A stretch of 64,000 nucleotides of DNA from Octopus sinensis (lineage: Eukaryota), in assembly GCF_006345805.1 (NCBI RefSeq), contig NC_042999.1:46934001-46998000 (forward strand), read 5' to 3'. Below the pieces are notes generated by a model. It had not been told where the DNA came from. It did not search any database and was given only the letters and a program-made list of their open reading frames with translations. The stretch's first letter is position 1; every line of letters begins with the position of its first letter. Both the position numbers and the translations under genes were made by a program. Positions 39,207 to 51,265 of the stretch are shown here, piece after piece.

Positions 39207-39624
39207 GTCCCGACCATTATTTCGTAGTCACTCCGTGTCACCACCATAGTTGATTAAATTAGTTTGATAGTTGATCTCTGATTGGCTGTATGCAAATAAG
39301 TTGATAAATGGGGTCCGGAACTCTCGTGGGAAAAATTTTGCGACCCGGTCAGTCAAAGTCCCGACCATTGTTTCGTAGTCACGCCGTGTCACCACCATAG
39401 TTGATTAAATTAGTTTGATAGTTGATCTCTGATTGGCTGTATGCAAATAAGTTGATATATGGGGTCCGGAACTCTCGTGGGAAAAATTTCGCGGCCCGGT
39501 CTGTCAAAGTCCTGACCATTGTTTCGTAGTCACGCCGTGTCACCACCATAGTTGATTAAATTAGTTTGATAGTTGATCTCTGATTGGCTGTATGCAAATA
39601 AGTTCATAAATAGGGTGAGGAACT
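39207..39624 (+). repeat. 151-bp tandem repeat x2.8 carrying CCAAT (attgg) + octamer ATGCAAAT
   Basis: Unit starts at 39207, 39358, 39509. Octamers at 39290, 39441, 39592. Confidence 0.95.
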
Positions 39625-39654
39625 AAATAGTATCTATATGATATGTATATATAT

Positions 39655-40385
39655 ATCAAGGGATCTAACGTATTGTATTTAATTATATTTAAGAATTTAT
39701 TTCGTCAGACAATATATTATTTAATTATTAGGTGGCATATTTATTATGTAATATTAATTTTAAGTTAATTAGGTACTATATTATTTGATATTTAGTCAAC
39801 TTTGTTATAGATTGATATATTAAATCTATAGATACTATATATATATATATTTATTATATATTTAGCTTAATTGCGGTGTTTGTCTATATTTGAGCCATTT
39901 CTTATTTTGATTACAATTTAATGACTTGTAATAGCATTGTGCATTTTAATTAAATTTAAAGTTTTTAATAATTTAAGTATTGTTTTCGGTTCACTTATGT
40001 ATATTTAGTATTGTCATATATATATCTTAACGTATTAATTAATTATTTTGTTATTCTATATTATTTTTAACCTGATGAGTGACTATATATATTTAAGTGA
40101 TTTTACTACTACTATAATCATTTCTTAAATATAGCCATGAAACACGTGTCGTTATTCTACCAATTATATACGTTTTTATTATTTTTTTGCAATTTACTTA
40201 ATCATTGAAATTGTATTATTTTAATATTTCTATTTCTAATATATGTAATTTTCTGGATGGTGCAATTTAATTGTTCATTTTGAACTGATAAAAGGTGTTT
40301 TGTTTCTAATTTTTTATATATATATATATTGTGTGAAATTTAATTTAGTATTTCTAAATTGAATTTTTTCCTTGTAAGTTTGGTT
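39655..40385 (+). mobile_element. Very AT-rich Penelope-like pLTR segment containing a hammerhead
   Basis: Hammerhead at 40068-40154. PLE assignment is inference; boundaries approximate. Confidence 0.5.
40068..40154 (+). ncRNA. Type I hammerhead ribozyme, near-intact core
   Basis: taac-CUGAUGA(40072-78)-long stem II gtgactata..tttaag.tgatt/aatca..cttaaa.tatagccat-GAAA(40139-42)-palindromic stem III acac/gtgt-GUC|(40150)-gtta. Confidence 0.85.
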
Positions 40386-40691
40386 TTATAGACACGCACA
40401 CACACGTACACACATTCACATACAGATTTATTATTCTTTGTATGTTCCAGTTGGTTAGTTTCTTGATGCTATTTAGGATATATACTGTTTGTAGTTGGAA
40501 TATGGAGTTAATATCTTGGCAGGTCATCGCGTTGTTATTATTGAAAATTGTTAATCTTGTACTTTGATTTTCACAAGAGTGTGCAGGTAGGTGAAAAGAT
40601 TGTTGGCCTGTATGTTTCTATATATTCGATAGTTTAACTGGCCAAAACACACTTACACACACACACACACGCACAAACACATACACACACG

Positions 40692-40731
<40 letters not shown>

Positions 40732-40782
40732 ATATACATGTATGTATGCATATGTATATGTGTGTGTGCATGTAAGTATATA

Positions 40783-41983
40783 CAGGGGTTGTACACAATA
40801 ATGGAAGCACCCAGCATCATAGCCTCATAATTTTATAATATCGATATAGCCGTCAAATGCATGCATATTTTTTAAAATTTTAATGTTGCTTAATATGTCT
40901 TGCTAAGATTGCTGTTCAGATATCATCAGAAACAGGTCAAATTGTTGGTGCTCGTATGGCAGGTGCTAGCGTAACGAAAACAGCCGAAATATTTGGTGTC
41001 TCAAGAACTACTGCCTCGAAAGTAATGATAGCCTTTGAGAAAGAGAGATAAACTTTCTCGTTGACATAAAACAACGGAAGAAAGCCATAACTTTCAGATA
41101 GGGACCGTCAGAGTCTTACGTGAATTGTTAGAAAGGATCATAAAAAGCACAGCTCTAAAAATTACTGCAGAGCTTAATGACCACCTCAATAACCCAGTTT
41201 CCACATAAACTGTTCGCCGAGAGCTGCACAAAGCTAGATTTCACGGGAGGGCTGCAATCAGAAAACCACTACTTTCAAAAACAAACGCTGCAAAGCGTTA
41301 GGAGTGGAGTAAAAACCTACAGAATTGGTCCCTAGAGAAGTGGAAATATATCATTTTCTCGGACGAGTCATTCTTTACCTTATTTCCGACCACCGGTCGA
41401 GTGTACATGTGGAGACAGCCAAAAGAAGCATTTGATCCAAACTGCCTTCTTCGAACTGTTAAACATGGAGGAGGATCTGGGTGGGTCTGTATCTTGTAAA
41501 TCCGCCGGCGCGATGGTTTCTCTTCATGGCCGAATTAATAGTCAAGGCTATTCAAGCATTTTATCTGATCAAATTCATCTTATGGTTACGGAACTGTTTC
41601 CGGAGGGAAACGCAATCTTTCGCGATGATAATGCACCAATTCACACAGCTAAATTTGTTACAGATTGGCACGAGGAACATTCTAGTGACGTTCAGCACCT
41701 TATCTGGCCACCACAGTCCCCAGATCACCATGTTATTGAACATTTAATTGCATTTTAGAAAGACAATTAAGGAGTCGATATCCTCCACCGTCATCACTAC
41801 AAGAACAGGAGACTGTTTTAGCTGAAGAATTCACAAAAATTCCTTTGAAAACAATTCAAACTTTGTACGAGTCCATACCTTGTAGAATTCAAGGTGTAAT
41901 TACAGCCATAAGCAGTCCTACCCCATATTAAAATAAATTTCTTTGAAATTTTAGGCTATTTCCATTATTTTGTCCAAGACTTG
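40783..41983 (+). mobile_element. Near full-length Tc1 transposon, dead transposase
   Basis: TA TSDs. TIRs caggggttgtacacaataatggaagc / gctatttccattattttgtccaagacttg. GQIVGARMAGASV HTH region, FSDES, DDNAPIH, WPPQSPD. Confidence 0.95.
40915..41930 (+). pseudogene. Tc1 transposase pseudogene
   Basis: Tc1 catalytic motifs with multiple in-frame stops and frameshifts. Confidence 0.9.
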
Positions 41984-43200
41984 TATATATATTGCTAGTC
42001 TCAGCACAAAAGCTGAGGCTATGCCGTGTAAGTATATGTATGTCTGTGTGAGTGTGTGAATCTGAGTGTGTGTGCGTGCGCGTGCGTGCGTTAGTGTATA
42101 ATAGTTTTATAAAAATAAATAATATTGATAAGAGACTCCCAAACAAGCAATTTATGCAAATAAATAAATTTATGCATGAAATATATTTATAATTTCTCTC
42201 GCGTCTCTTAAATACCGTAGAGATACCAAATTCAGCTAAATAATGCAACGAACCGTAAACATTATTATATATGCTATGGAATAGTTTTCCTACAAAGCAT
42301 AGACGAAATAAAGCAAATACAATTTACTACATTTTATTAATAATTTGAAAAGCCCAGCAATTGAATAATTAAGAATATTAATAGCGGTACGTTCATTATT
42401 TACTGAATTTATGCGTTTCTGCAGCCCAATGTTTTTAAATTGAAACCAAATTGTTACAATTCAAGCACAATTGAATATAAGGTTGAACCTTTAACAATGC
42501 GCCTGAAAAATATATTATCTATTACAAAGGATTAATCAGTTATTGGTTGATTTAACGGATAAATAAGTATAACTATGATTTTTTCAATGGATAAATCAGT
42601 TTCTGAGAATCTAATTCAATGAAATTCAGTTTAACTATTAGAAGATAATACCAACTTATCTTTTATTCAATTCTCGAACTAAGTAGTGATCACTTACAAG
42701 TAAAGTTCTTCTTATGCTATTTCTTAAAGTTAATTTATCATGCAAAATGCTTTAAATATTCACGGTGAATAAACATCCGATAGTAATAGTGCCTACCCTG
42801 TTACTTCGGAGAAAACTGTAGCAGGTTATAAAAATGGTCTACCATAGAATTACAACAAGGTAATGCCGTTAGAAGGACACGGTGTAAAGTTAAAAGAGAC
42901 GGCTAAAATATATAAGAAAATATTTTTAAAATGTTATGTGTAATAGTTTCAATATTTTTAGTTACGTACAGTATCTTCTTTTTATCAGCATGCATAAATC
43001 TATTAAGGTAAAAGTTTAACCTATGTGTGGACAAACTATAAAGTACATTTATTTCTGTATGTTTAATAATCATACGTTATAGTTTCATAGTTAAGCACAG
43101 AAGAACCTCGCTGTTTAACGAACTGTAAGATTGCGTGTCAGTTTTCGATAACTATTGCGAAGAGAGAAAGAAGGAGGTAGAAATAGACTGACATACAGAA

Positions 43201-43233
<33 letters not shown>

Positions 43234-44549
43234 TAGAGACAGAGAAGGAGAGAGAGAAACAAAGGAAGAAAGAAAGTATGCAATAAATAAAGAAAGAAAG
43301 GCAGAGAAAAAGCGAAAGTGTGGAGGCGGAAACAGTGAATGCGAGAGGTAGCGGCTTATTAATATTTATGAAAAACTCTAGCGCACCGATTTTCCTTTAA
43401 GTATAAACGCATTTTTCTCTTTGCTCTTGTTTACACTCATTGACTTCTAACATGCATTATAGTGGCTTTCAAAAACAATTTGAACACAATTTCGCAGTTT
43501 CCAAAACACATACTATTCTCGCACACAAATATAGACTTTAGTACACGCACATAAATTTAGACTTAAGTACACGCACATTCACACAGAAGCATGCACACAC
43601 AAGTATAAATGGATATGCATATGTATGTTTTTATGAGCATGATTACATATTTGTATAAATGTCTTTATAGCTATATATTTATTATTTTATGATATAAGAC
43701 TGCAGGTCATTAGAATTTCAGTCCATAATTTTGTTTTGATTTCTGAGTCTGCAGGTATATTCTGTTGTTTAATAATTCTTATTTATTACTTTTGTTCATC
43801 ATTGATCACATTTTATTCTCGAGGTGTCAGTTCGGTCCTGAGAATATATCAATATATTTGGTGCCAAACATATTGATCTGTTTTCTCATCGTATATTGTT
43901 GCAACGATAAAACGATTTAAATTCAAAACAGCACAAATATTCTCAGTACGAGTGACTGCTCCGGAGTGGTTCTATAAGCATGAAGCGGGGCAGTCGAATG
44001 AAGTTATCTCTTCTCCTGTGGCTATGACTAGAGCCTAGCTGATGTGCCATGAAGTACCTCTCAAATTTCTTGCTTTGGCGATCGCTTTTAATAATACCAA
44101 TATTTTTGCAACATTCAGCATATAATGTGGAGATATTGAAGACAGTTTCAACACTTGTTATTGCTTATATTTTATTAATCAGAACAAAAAGGTAAGCAAT
44201 GGCACACCCATGGCCTTGGTATGGTCCCGAGAATTATAGCATTACTTACTAGATAAACATTAGATAAAGTTCAATTAATACCTATACATTCTTTAATGCA
44301 AACAAATATACAAATCGATAGTAATATATTTTAACAAATTTTGCCTAAACAATTTAGATGACCAATTTTAAATCAATACTAGTAATATTAGAATGAAGCA
44401 CAATATGGATTTGAAACTAGAAATGAAAAATCCAATTATAAACAAGAAGATACCTATTAGATTTTATGTTTATTGACTGAAGATGAAAGAAGAGCTAAGA
44501 AAATTTGTAAATCAATTCGCTTAGTAATAAAGGTAAAAATAAAGAGCAT

Positions 44550-45420
44550 GCTTGCCTGACCGGTTCGCGAAACATCTCCGAGACATCAGACTCAGCATCG
44601 ACACTCCGGTCTCATTCCGTTTCCGCACTACCGGTCATTCTTTACAACACCTATCTGTGTTCGGATTGTTCTCGCACAGGGGCAATCCGGACTCACATCT
44701 TCGCCGTGAACAAGAATTAATTTTCTCTCTTCGCTACTTTGCTCCACATGGGCTCAGCTCTCCTCCCCTCTTCATCTAACCCCCTCCTCTCTCCTCTCTT
44801 CCTCTCACATATAGTTCCTCTCACCCACGTCACCTCCCCTCTCTTGCTCTGACACCCAGTTTTTCTCTTCATTCCTACTCACCACCCTTCCACCCTCTCC
44901 CTACATCGTCACCCCTCCATCTTTACCCCACCCCTATACATTCCCACGGCACCATCCCTATACATCCCATCCCACACATTCCATTCCTACATACTCCACC
45001 ACCTCACATCCCACACCCCCACACATCCATCACACCCCACCCCACACCCACCCTTGCTTCCCCCCACCCCAACTCCACTACACCACACACCACTATACCA
45101 CACCATCTCCACACACACACCGCCACCACACCACATCACATCACACACCACCACACCACACACCATCATACTGCACCACATCACACTAACCCGCAACACT
45201 AGCACTGGGCACTTCCTAGCACCCACATCATCATCTACACACCCACACATGCACACACACACACACACACACGTCAAGTCACCATCCCCCATCCACACGC
45301 ACATACACGCTCTCACATACACACGCACCTTCGTTTTGGGATCACCACTAGTTTATTCTCTCCCCTTCTTCCTACCTCTGTTGTCTGACCCCTCTGAAAA
45401 TCGGCTATAATAATGTAGCC
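44550..45420 (+). mobile_element. Penelope-like element 3' fragment (GIY-YIG C-terminal part + C-rich tail)
   Basis: DRFAKHLRDIR..PVS.RF..TGHS...EQELIFSL...PHGL matches the PLE endonuclease end pattern RFxEH...HF...GH...E..LI..L....P.GLN. Confidence 0.8.
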
Positions 45421-45861
45421 TTCCACTCTCATTGCTTTGAATGTAAGATGCTGTGGAGAAAAAAAACGAAAGAACTGTATTTTTAGTCAATAGCGAGACA
45501 GACATTATCTACGTTTAGCGAGCGGTGTCAACTTTATGGTTGTACCCAGAGAAATTTAGAGCTTAGCGTCTGATCTTTTCATTGTATGTGTCTAAATAAA
45601 CAAAAATGCCTAATAAAACCAACATGTATCATCTTATTGTTTCTTTTGTCTCTTCATTGATTGTATGGTTTTAATTTATTATATTAATATATTAGTCTGC
45701 ATGTATTTCCTTTATTTCAGTATTACGTACACTGTCATGTATTTGTGTACATCCTTAATATATAAGTACATCTGGATGTATATATTCATATATAAGTTTA
45801 TGTGTACATTTATGGATTCATGTGTGTGTCTCCAAAACTCCAAAGTTGAGTAAATTTTTCA

Positions 45862-46985
45862 TGCTTGGATTTGTAAACTACAGTAAGAATAACACTGGTC
45901 AACGAAGAATTTGTCCCAAGGAAAAGAATACCTGATGCTAATACGTTTTTGCACGCAGAATGCAAAAATATTGTTATATTATCTGTATCACAATCAGTTT
46001 CTGTATTACACGATATCCTTCTCAGTTCCTGTTACGTGGGCTAAATTTCAGTTAAGCTGTTGAACTGTGATGCTACGATTTAAGAAATACGCCTAATTTA
46101 AATTTTTATGAACAGAATTAACATAGTGAGATCATAAATCCAGCTATCTGAGTCAATGAGTCCCCAAAATATATGAAATAAAAAAATATGTAAAAATACT
46201 AACACATTGAAAAAAGTACCGAAAACTACTAATAGGCAGAAAAAGGCACAGACAAATTTGTAATATACTAACACACAGAAAAATTAAAACAAAACACGCG
46301 AGTGTAAAGAATCTTGTAGTGCAAAGAATTGTGAAATATCAACATAGACAACAGCGGCACAGACAACAGTGAACCACAACACAGCGTGTGGTTGTCATGG
46401 TAACAAGCTGCTAATGCCACGCTGTCTGTTGATTGGCTAAAATTACCCAAATTTTCCAACTTTAATGACAAATAACATCAGATCCTTTATTTTACGCGAT
46501 AAAGTTACTAGTTGATCGTAAACAAAATTCAGAGTTGCATCGATACACCAAAAACTGAAAGCAATCAGAGCAGAATTAAGTTTGGGGGTGGGGTTGTTTT
46601 GCGGATAAGAAAAACTAGATCCAAGATGAGTATATTATAATTATTTGGAGACGTTAAGTTAACGAAAAAAAAAACCCCAACAAAAACAAAACAAATAAAT
46701 TCTTCGCAAGTTTCGAGCAACAATGGCAGTCTCTCATGTGTATTTACACACACTTGTGCACTTGCATGTATATTTACACAATACTTGATGGCAGTTTCAC
46801 GTTAACATCTCATGGAATGCGTATTAGACGAAAGACAAGATTTATGACCAGTTCGCCCATCTTTACAATTGTCCTTCAGTGCATGAAATTCTTTACTTGT
46901 CAGTGCTTATAAAAGATGACGATTACCCAGGTATGTTGATATAAAACGTGAAATGAAGAAAAAGAAGAAGAAAGAAGAAGAAGAA

Positions 46986-47017
<32 letters not shown>

Positions 47018-47278
47018 AGAGGAAAAAGAAGAAGAAAAGAAGGTGAAAGCAAAAGAAAGGCCAGTAGAACCTGTGTAGGATTGGCTTGTCGACTATGAAG
47101 ACTGCTTGGATTTGTAAACTATACAGTAAGAATAACACTGGTCAACGAAGAATTTGTCACAAAGAAAAGAATACCTTATGCTAATACGTTTTTGCATGCA
47201 GAATGCAAACATATTGTTATATTATTTGTATCACCGTCAGTTTCTCTGTTACACGATATCCATCTCAGTTCCTGTTAC
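45862..47278 (+). repeat. ~175-bp direct duplication (45862-46035 and 47103-47278)
   Basis: tgcttggatttgtaaacta..cagtaagaataacactggtcaacgaagaatttgtc...ctcagttcctgttac present twice. Confidence 0.95.
46391..46438. promoter_or_regulatory. RFX X-box followed by CCAAT box
   Basis: GTTGTCATGGTAAC (46391-46404) fits the RFX palindrome; gattggct at 46431-46438. No transcript evidence. Confidence 0.3.
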
Positions 47279-47334
47279 ACTCTGCTTGATGAAAAACCAT
47301 GTTCAGTTCCTTTATGCACCATATTTTCAAATAG

Positions 47335-47462
47335 ATATTGGCGTCAAATGTTGGTACAAGATCAGCAAGTTGGAGAGGGTTAAGTCGATTACATCAACCC
47401 AGTGGTCCACTGGTATTCATTTTATCGACCCCGAAATGGTGAATGTCAAAGTCGAACTCATG
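47335..47462 (-). mobile_element. Degenerate SINE family B fragment
   Basis: ttaagtcgattacatcaacccagtgg...tttatcgaccccgaaatggtgaatgtcaaagtcgaactc. Confidence 0.75.
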
Positions 47463-47535
47463 GATATCAGGTTGAAATAATACTGAAGTGCTGCACCAAC
47501 ATAGATGTAATCTAATGACTGAAATAGGTTCAAAT

Positions 47536-47954
47536 ACTAAGGGCGGCGAGCTGGCAGAGACGTTAGCACGTCAGGCGAAATGCTTAGCGGTATTTCGTCT
47601 GCCGCTACATTCTGCGTTCAAATTCCGGTGAGGTCGACTTTGCCTTTCATCCTTTCGGGGTCGATTAATAAGTACCAGTTGCGATCTGGGGTCGATATAA
47701 TCGACTTAATCCATTTGTCTGTCATAGTTTGTCCTCTCTGTGTTTAGCCCCTTGTGGGCAGTAAAGAAATGGGTATTTCGTCTGTCGTTAGGTTCTGAGT
47801 TCAAAATCTGCCGAGGTCGACTTTGCCTTTCATCCTTTCGGGGTCGATAAATTAAGTACCAGTTACGCACTGGGGTCGATATAATCGACTTAATCCGTTT
47901 GTCTTTCCTTGTTTGTCCCTCTGTGTGGAGCCCCTTGTGGGCAGTAAAGAAATA
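47536..47954 (+). mobile_element. Dimeric SINE family B with a single 15-16-bp TSD
   Basis: TSD gaaatag[g/t]ttcaaat at 47521-47535 and 47956-47970. Internal junction aaagaaatg|ggtatttcg. Confidence 0.95.
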
Positions 47955-49007
47955 TGAAATAGTTTCAAATGTTAGCGTGATTATCAAACGCTCTATTTTT
48001 ATTCGATAGCACTTAGGAATCCTGTTCTCTTTAAATAAAACTCTTCTTCTTCTTCTTCTTCTTCTTCTTCTTCTTCTTCTTCTTCTTCTTTCTTCTTCAT
48101 TTCGCGTTTTACATCATCAACATAGCTGGGTAATCATCATATTTTATTAGAACCGATAAGTAAAGAATATCATGCACTGAAGGACAATTGTAAAGACGGC
48201 GGACTGGTCTACTCAGTAACTTTTAAAACACAGTAGTTTTAGAAAATCTAGTTTAGGTTAGCTTTCCAATTCATAGATCGCTTACTACCTGGTAAAGTTA
48301 ACAATTTATTTTAGTTTATCGATTTTTCAAAAATCTGTATCACTTCAAGTGATAATACTATGGACGTTAAATTAATTGAATTGTAAAAAATATATATACA
48401 TCAGTCCGAATTATTTTGTTGAAACGTGTTAAGAGAATTTCACTGAACCATAAATATTGTATTAACGTAGTGTCAAAAACAAAGAGAGGGAGGAACAGAG
48501 AAAGAAATCAATACAGTATTCAAGTAACACATTAAAGTTAAGATATTTTAAGAATATGACATGGCAGAAATATTTTGTTTTTTCTATGATATGTAACACA
48601 TGGGAAATATGAGGTGCTATATATATGAACTAAAATTATAATTTAAATGTGATACTTGGCAAACACATTGTGAGTGCTGCATTTAAAATATACAGTTTGG
48701 CTTTAAAGAATAATGAGGAATTGAAAAAGGGAGAGCATATTGAAAATATGACTAAAGAAACTTATTGTCATTGAAGCCCGTTATTGTAAATATTAAGCAT
48801 CAGAACACAATAATCGAACATAACCCAACAAAGGAAAAATATGTAGCCAATGGAGCCGCTAACTATTCTAACTCTCCAGTTTCAAAGAAAGGAATTAGTA
48901 AAAGAGAAGTAGCAGTTCTAGGTACATTGCATATGGAAAAAAAATGAAACAGGTTGGATGGTCATATATGAAAGTGCTTTTATTATAAATATGCTTTATT
49001 TGAGATA

Positions 49008-49255
49008 GTGGAGGCGCGTGGATTAGTGTTTAGGGTGTCAGCATCATGATCGTAAGATTGTGGTTTCAATTCCTGGACCGGGCGACGCGTTCTGTTCTTG
49101 AGCAAAACACTTCATTTCACGTTGCTCCAGTCCACTCAGCTAGCACAAAATTAGTAACGCTGCGATGGACTAGAACCCATATGCCCTAGAAACCGGGAAA
49201 CCGGGCCCATGAGCCTAGCTAGACTTTAAAAGGGCACATTTCTTTTTATTAAATA
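49008..49255 (+). mobile_element. tRNA-headed SINE family D with perfect 12-bp TSD
   Basis: TSD ttatttgagata at 48996-49007 and 49256-49267. Head ggaggcgcgtggattagtg, body ttgagcaaaacacttc...ctgcgatggact. Confidence 0.9.
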
Positions 49256-50704
49256 TTATTTGAGATATGGGACAAGAACGAAACAAGAGCTAGAACATAA
49301 CACAGATTTGAAAAATATTATTCGATTTGTGTGAGAATGATACAACACATAAAAATGTAAGTATAAGAATATATATATTAAGTATTATATCATATGTATT
49401 ATTAGTTAGCATAGACGTGTATGTGTCATTGATTATGAAATTTCGTATTTAGAATACTGATTATTGTTCTATAAACTTTATTTGGCTCGTTACTGTCGAT
49501 TTCACAGATATTGACAGAAGTTCAGTTCAGATTTCAAATTAAAATTACTGACTTTTTCTCAAGAGAAATGTTTATGAGAATTGGTGTCAATTGTTTCCAT
49601 CGCAATTTCAAAGAATAATGTTCTCTGTTTGAAGCCTGTAGCAAGAAGTTTTAATGTTGTCTTTTTGTGTGCTACCACAAGCTGTGTGATATTCTTCATT
49701 GAAGCATGATCTAACCACGGCGGACACATTCTCATTTAAAAGGTATTGTAAACTGTATGATTTCAAGGGTGTGGAACAGTTAAGGAAAAAAATAAATAAC
49801 AAGGATATTTCATGTAATTTGTCGAAGCACGATATTTTAAATAACAGCGTGATTTTAATTGAAATATTGATCGGCAAAGAGCAAAACAATCCTAGTCTGG
49901 GCCATGTTTGGAATCATATTTTATATAATATCAACTTCATGAGATCTGCCATTCTGATAGTGAAATCATTCAGTAGAAGCAAGAAAAAGATTGGAGGAGA
50001 AAACGAAACGGAGAGGGAGTGTGAAAGAGGAAATTCCAAAATTATGATCGCAATGTTAACGCCAACATATGCGGTGTGTATAAAACAGTTAAGAGCATAA
50101 AAATTTTAATATGATAAACTTCTGAATATATGTAGCGGTTCAGGTGGGAATTTTAATTTGTGTTATAAACTACAAATTTCATTGACATTTTCTTTAAATG
50201 AATAATGATATCAATTAAATAAAAGCATGCCAGAATTACTCTCATAATTCACTCCTGGCATAAAATACAACTAACTTCCAAGTTATAGGGAAAAATATGT
50301 TTTTAATATCATTTACAAATTTATGATGGCTTTATGTATATAGAATTGCAGGCATGATTTATGAAGATTTTAATATTCATATTGAGAGTACCATAGTCTT
50401 TTATTGAGTTTCTATTATTACAGGCCTTGAAAAATTGGGGTATTTTCAAGGTACAATGTAAAACTGTTCAGTATAGAACTTTATTCGTTGTTTTTAGAAC
50501 AGTTGCTTTGTCGATACATTGAAGCGGAGGAATCACAACAAAGTACGTTTATAGAAATACGTTTCGCAAGACATATAAGGATATGTACACATAAAAATAG
50601 AAAGTAAGCATAACACGCACTCACACACACACACACACACACACACACCACACACACACACACACACACACGCACACACACACACACACAACACACACAC
50701 ACAC

Positions 50705-51265
50705 ATTGCAGTGGTTGAAACAAAGGAACAGCGTGCTTCCGTGAAATTTTTTTTCCTGCTGGGAAAAAACGGCGACCAAAAGAGTTGTCATGCTTCAAAC
50801 AGCTCACAAGGAGGCTTTGCCATGAGCAAAGCATCAGTTTACGAGTGGTTTTCACGCTCTAGGAATAGTCACTTGTCACTTGAAGACCAACTTCATTTAG
50901 GGTGACCGTCGATCTCCCGAACTAATGAAAACGTGAAAATCCCTGAACTGAACTTGGAGGAAAAAATCAAAAGCAGTCACGGCTGAATGTGTGTAGTGAA
51001 CTGAAAAAACATTTGGAAGTTAATCCGGACCTATTGTCGAAGGTCATTACTGGTGACGAAAGCTGGTGCTACGGAATTTCATGATGTGGAAGTGCCGAAG
51101 AAAAAAACCACGGGTGCGTTAAAAAGCATCACTTTCCAAGAGCTCCAGTAATGCTTCGAACAGTGGAAAACTTCAAATGGAAAACTACGCGAAAGGTGTA
51201 AATATGTAAGACTCAGTGAATAAAATAATACTGTAAAATTTCAGTTTCGTTTGAGGAGCCTCTCG
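50705..51265 (+). mobile_element. Deleted mariner relic
   Basis: EQRASVKFFFLLGK, SVYEWF, SLEDQ, VITGDESWCYG. Right end ..gagcctctcg|TA. Confidence 0.8.

Larger units (their letters stand above)
46846..48209. repeat. Long inverted repeat: ~165-bp arms (46846-47010 / 48045-48209) ending internally in (GAA)n/(CTT)n
   Basis: gaccagttcgcccatctttacaattgtccttcagtgcatga... vs ...tcatgcactgaaggacaattgtaaagacggcggactggtc. Confidence 0.9.

Noticed and set aside
39207-39624. CRISPR-like or histone-gene interpretation of the array
   Set aside because: Units are contiguous without unique spacers, and no histone ORF is nearby.
49608-50100. Overlapping 133-aa (+) and 93-aa (-) ORFs
   Set aside because: Non-ATG start, no recognisable domain, no convincing splice-site pair.
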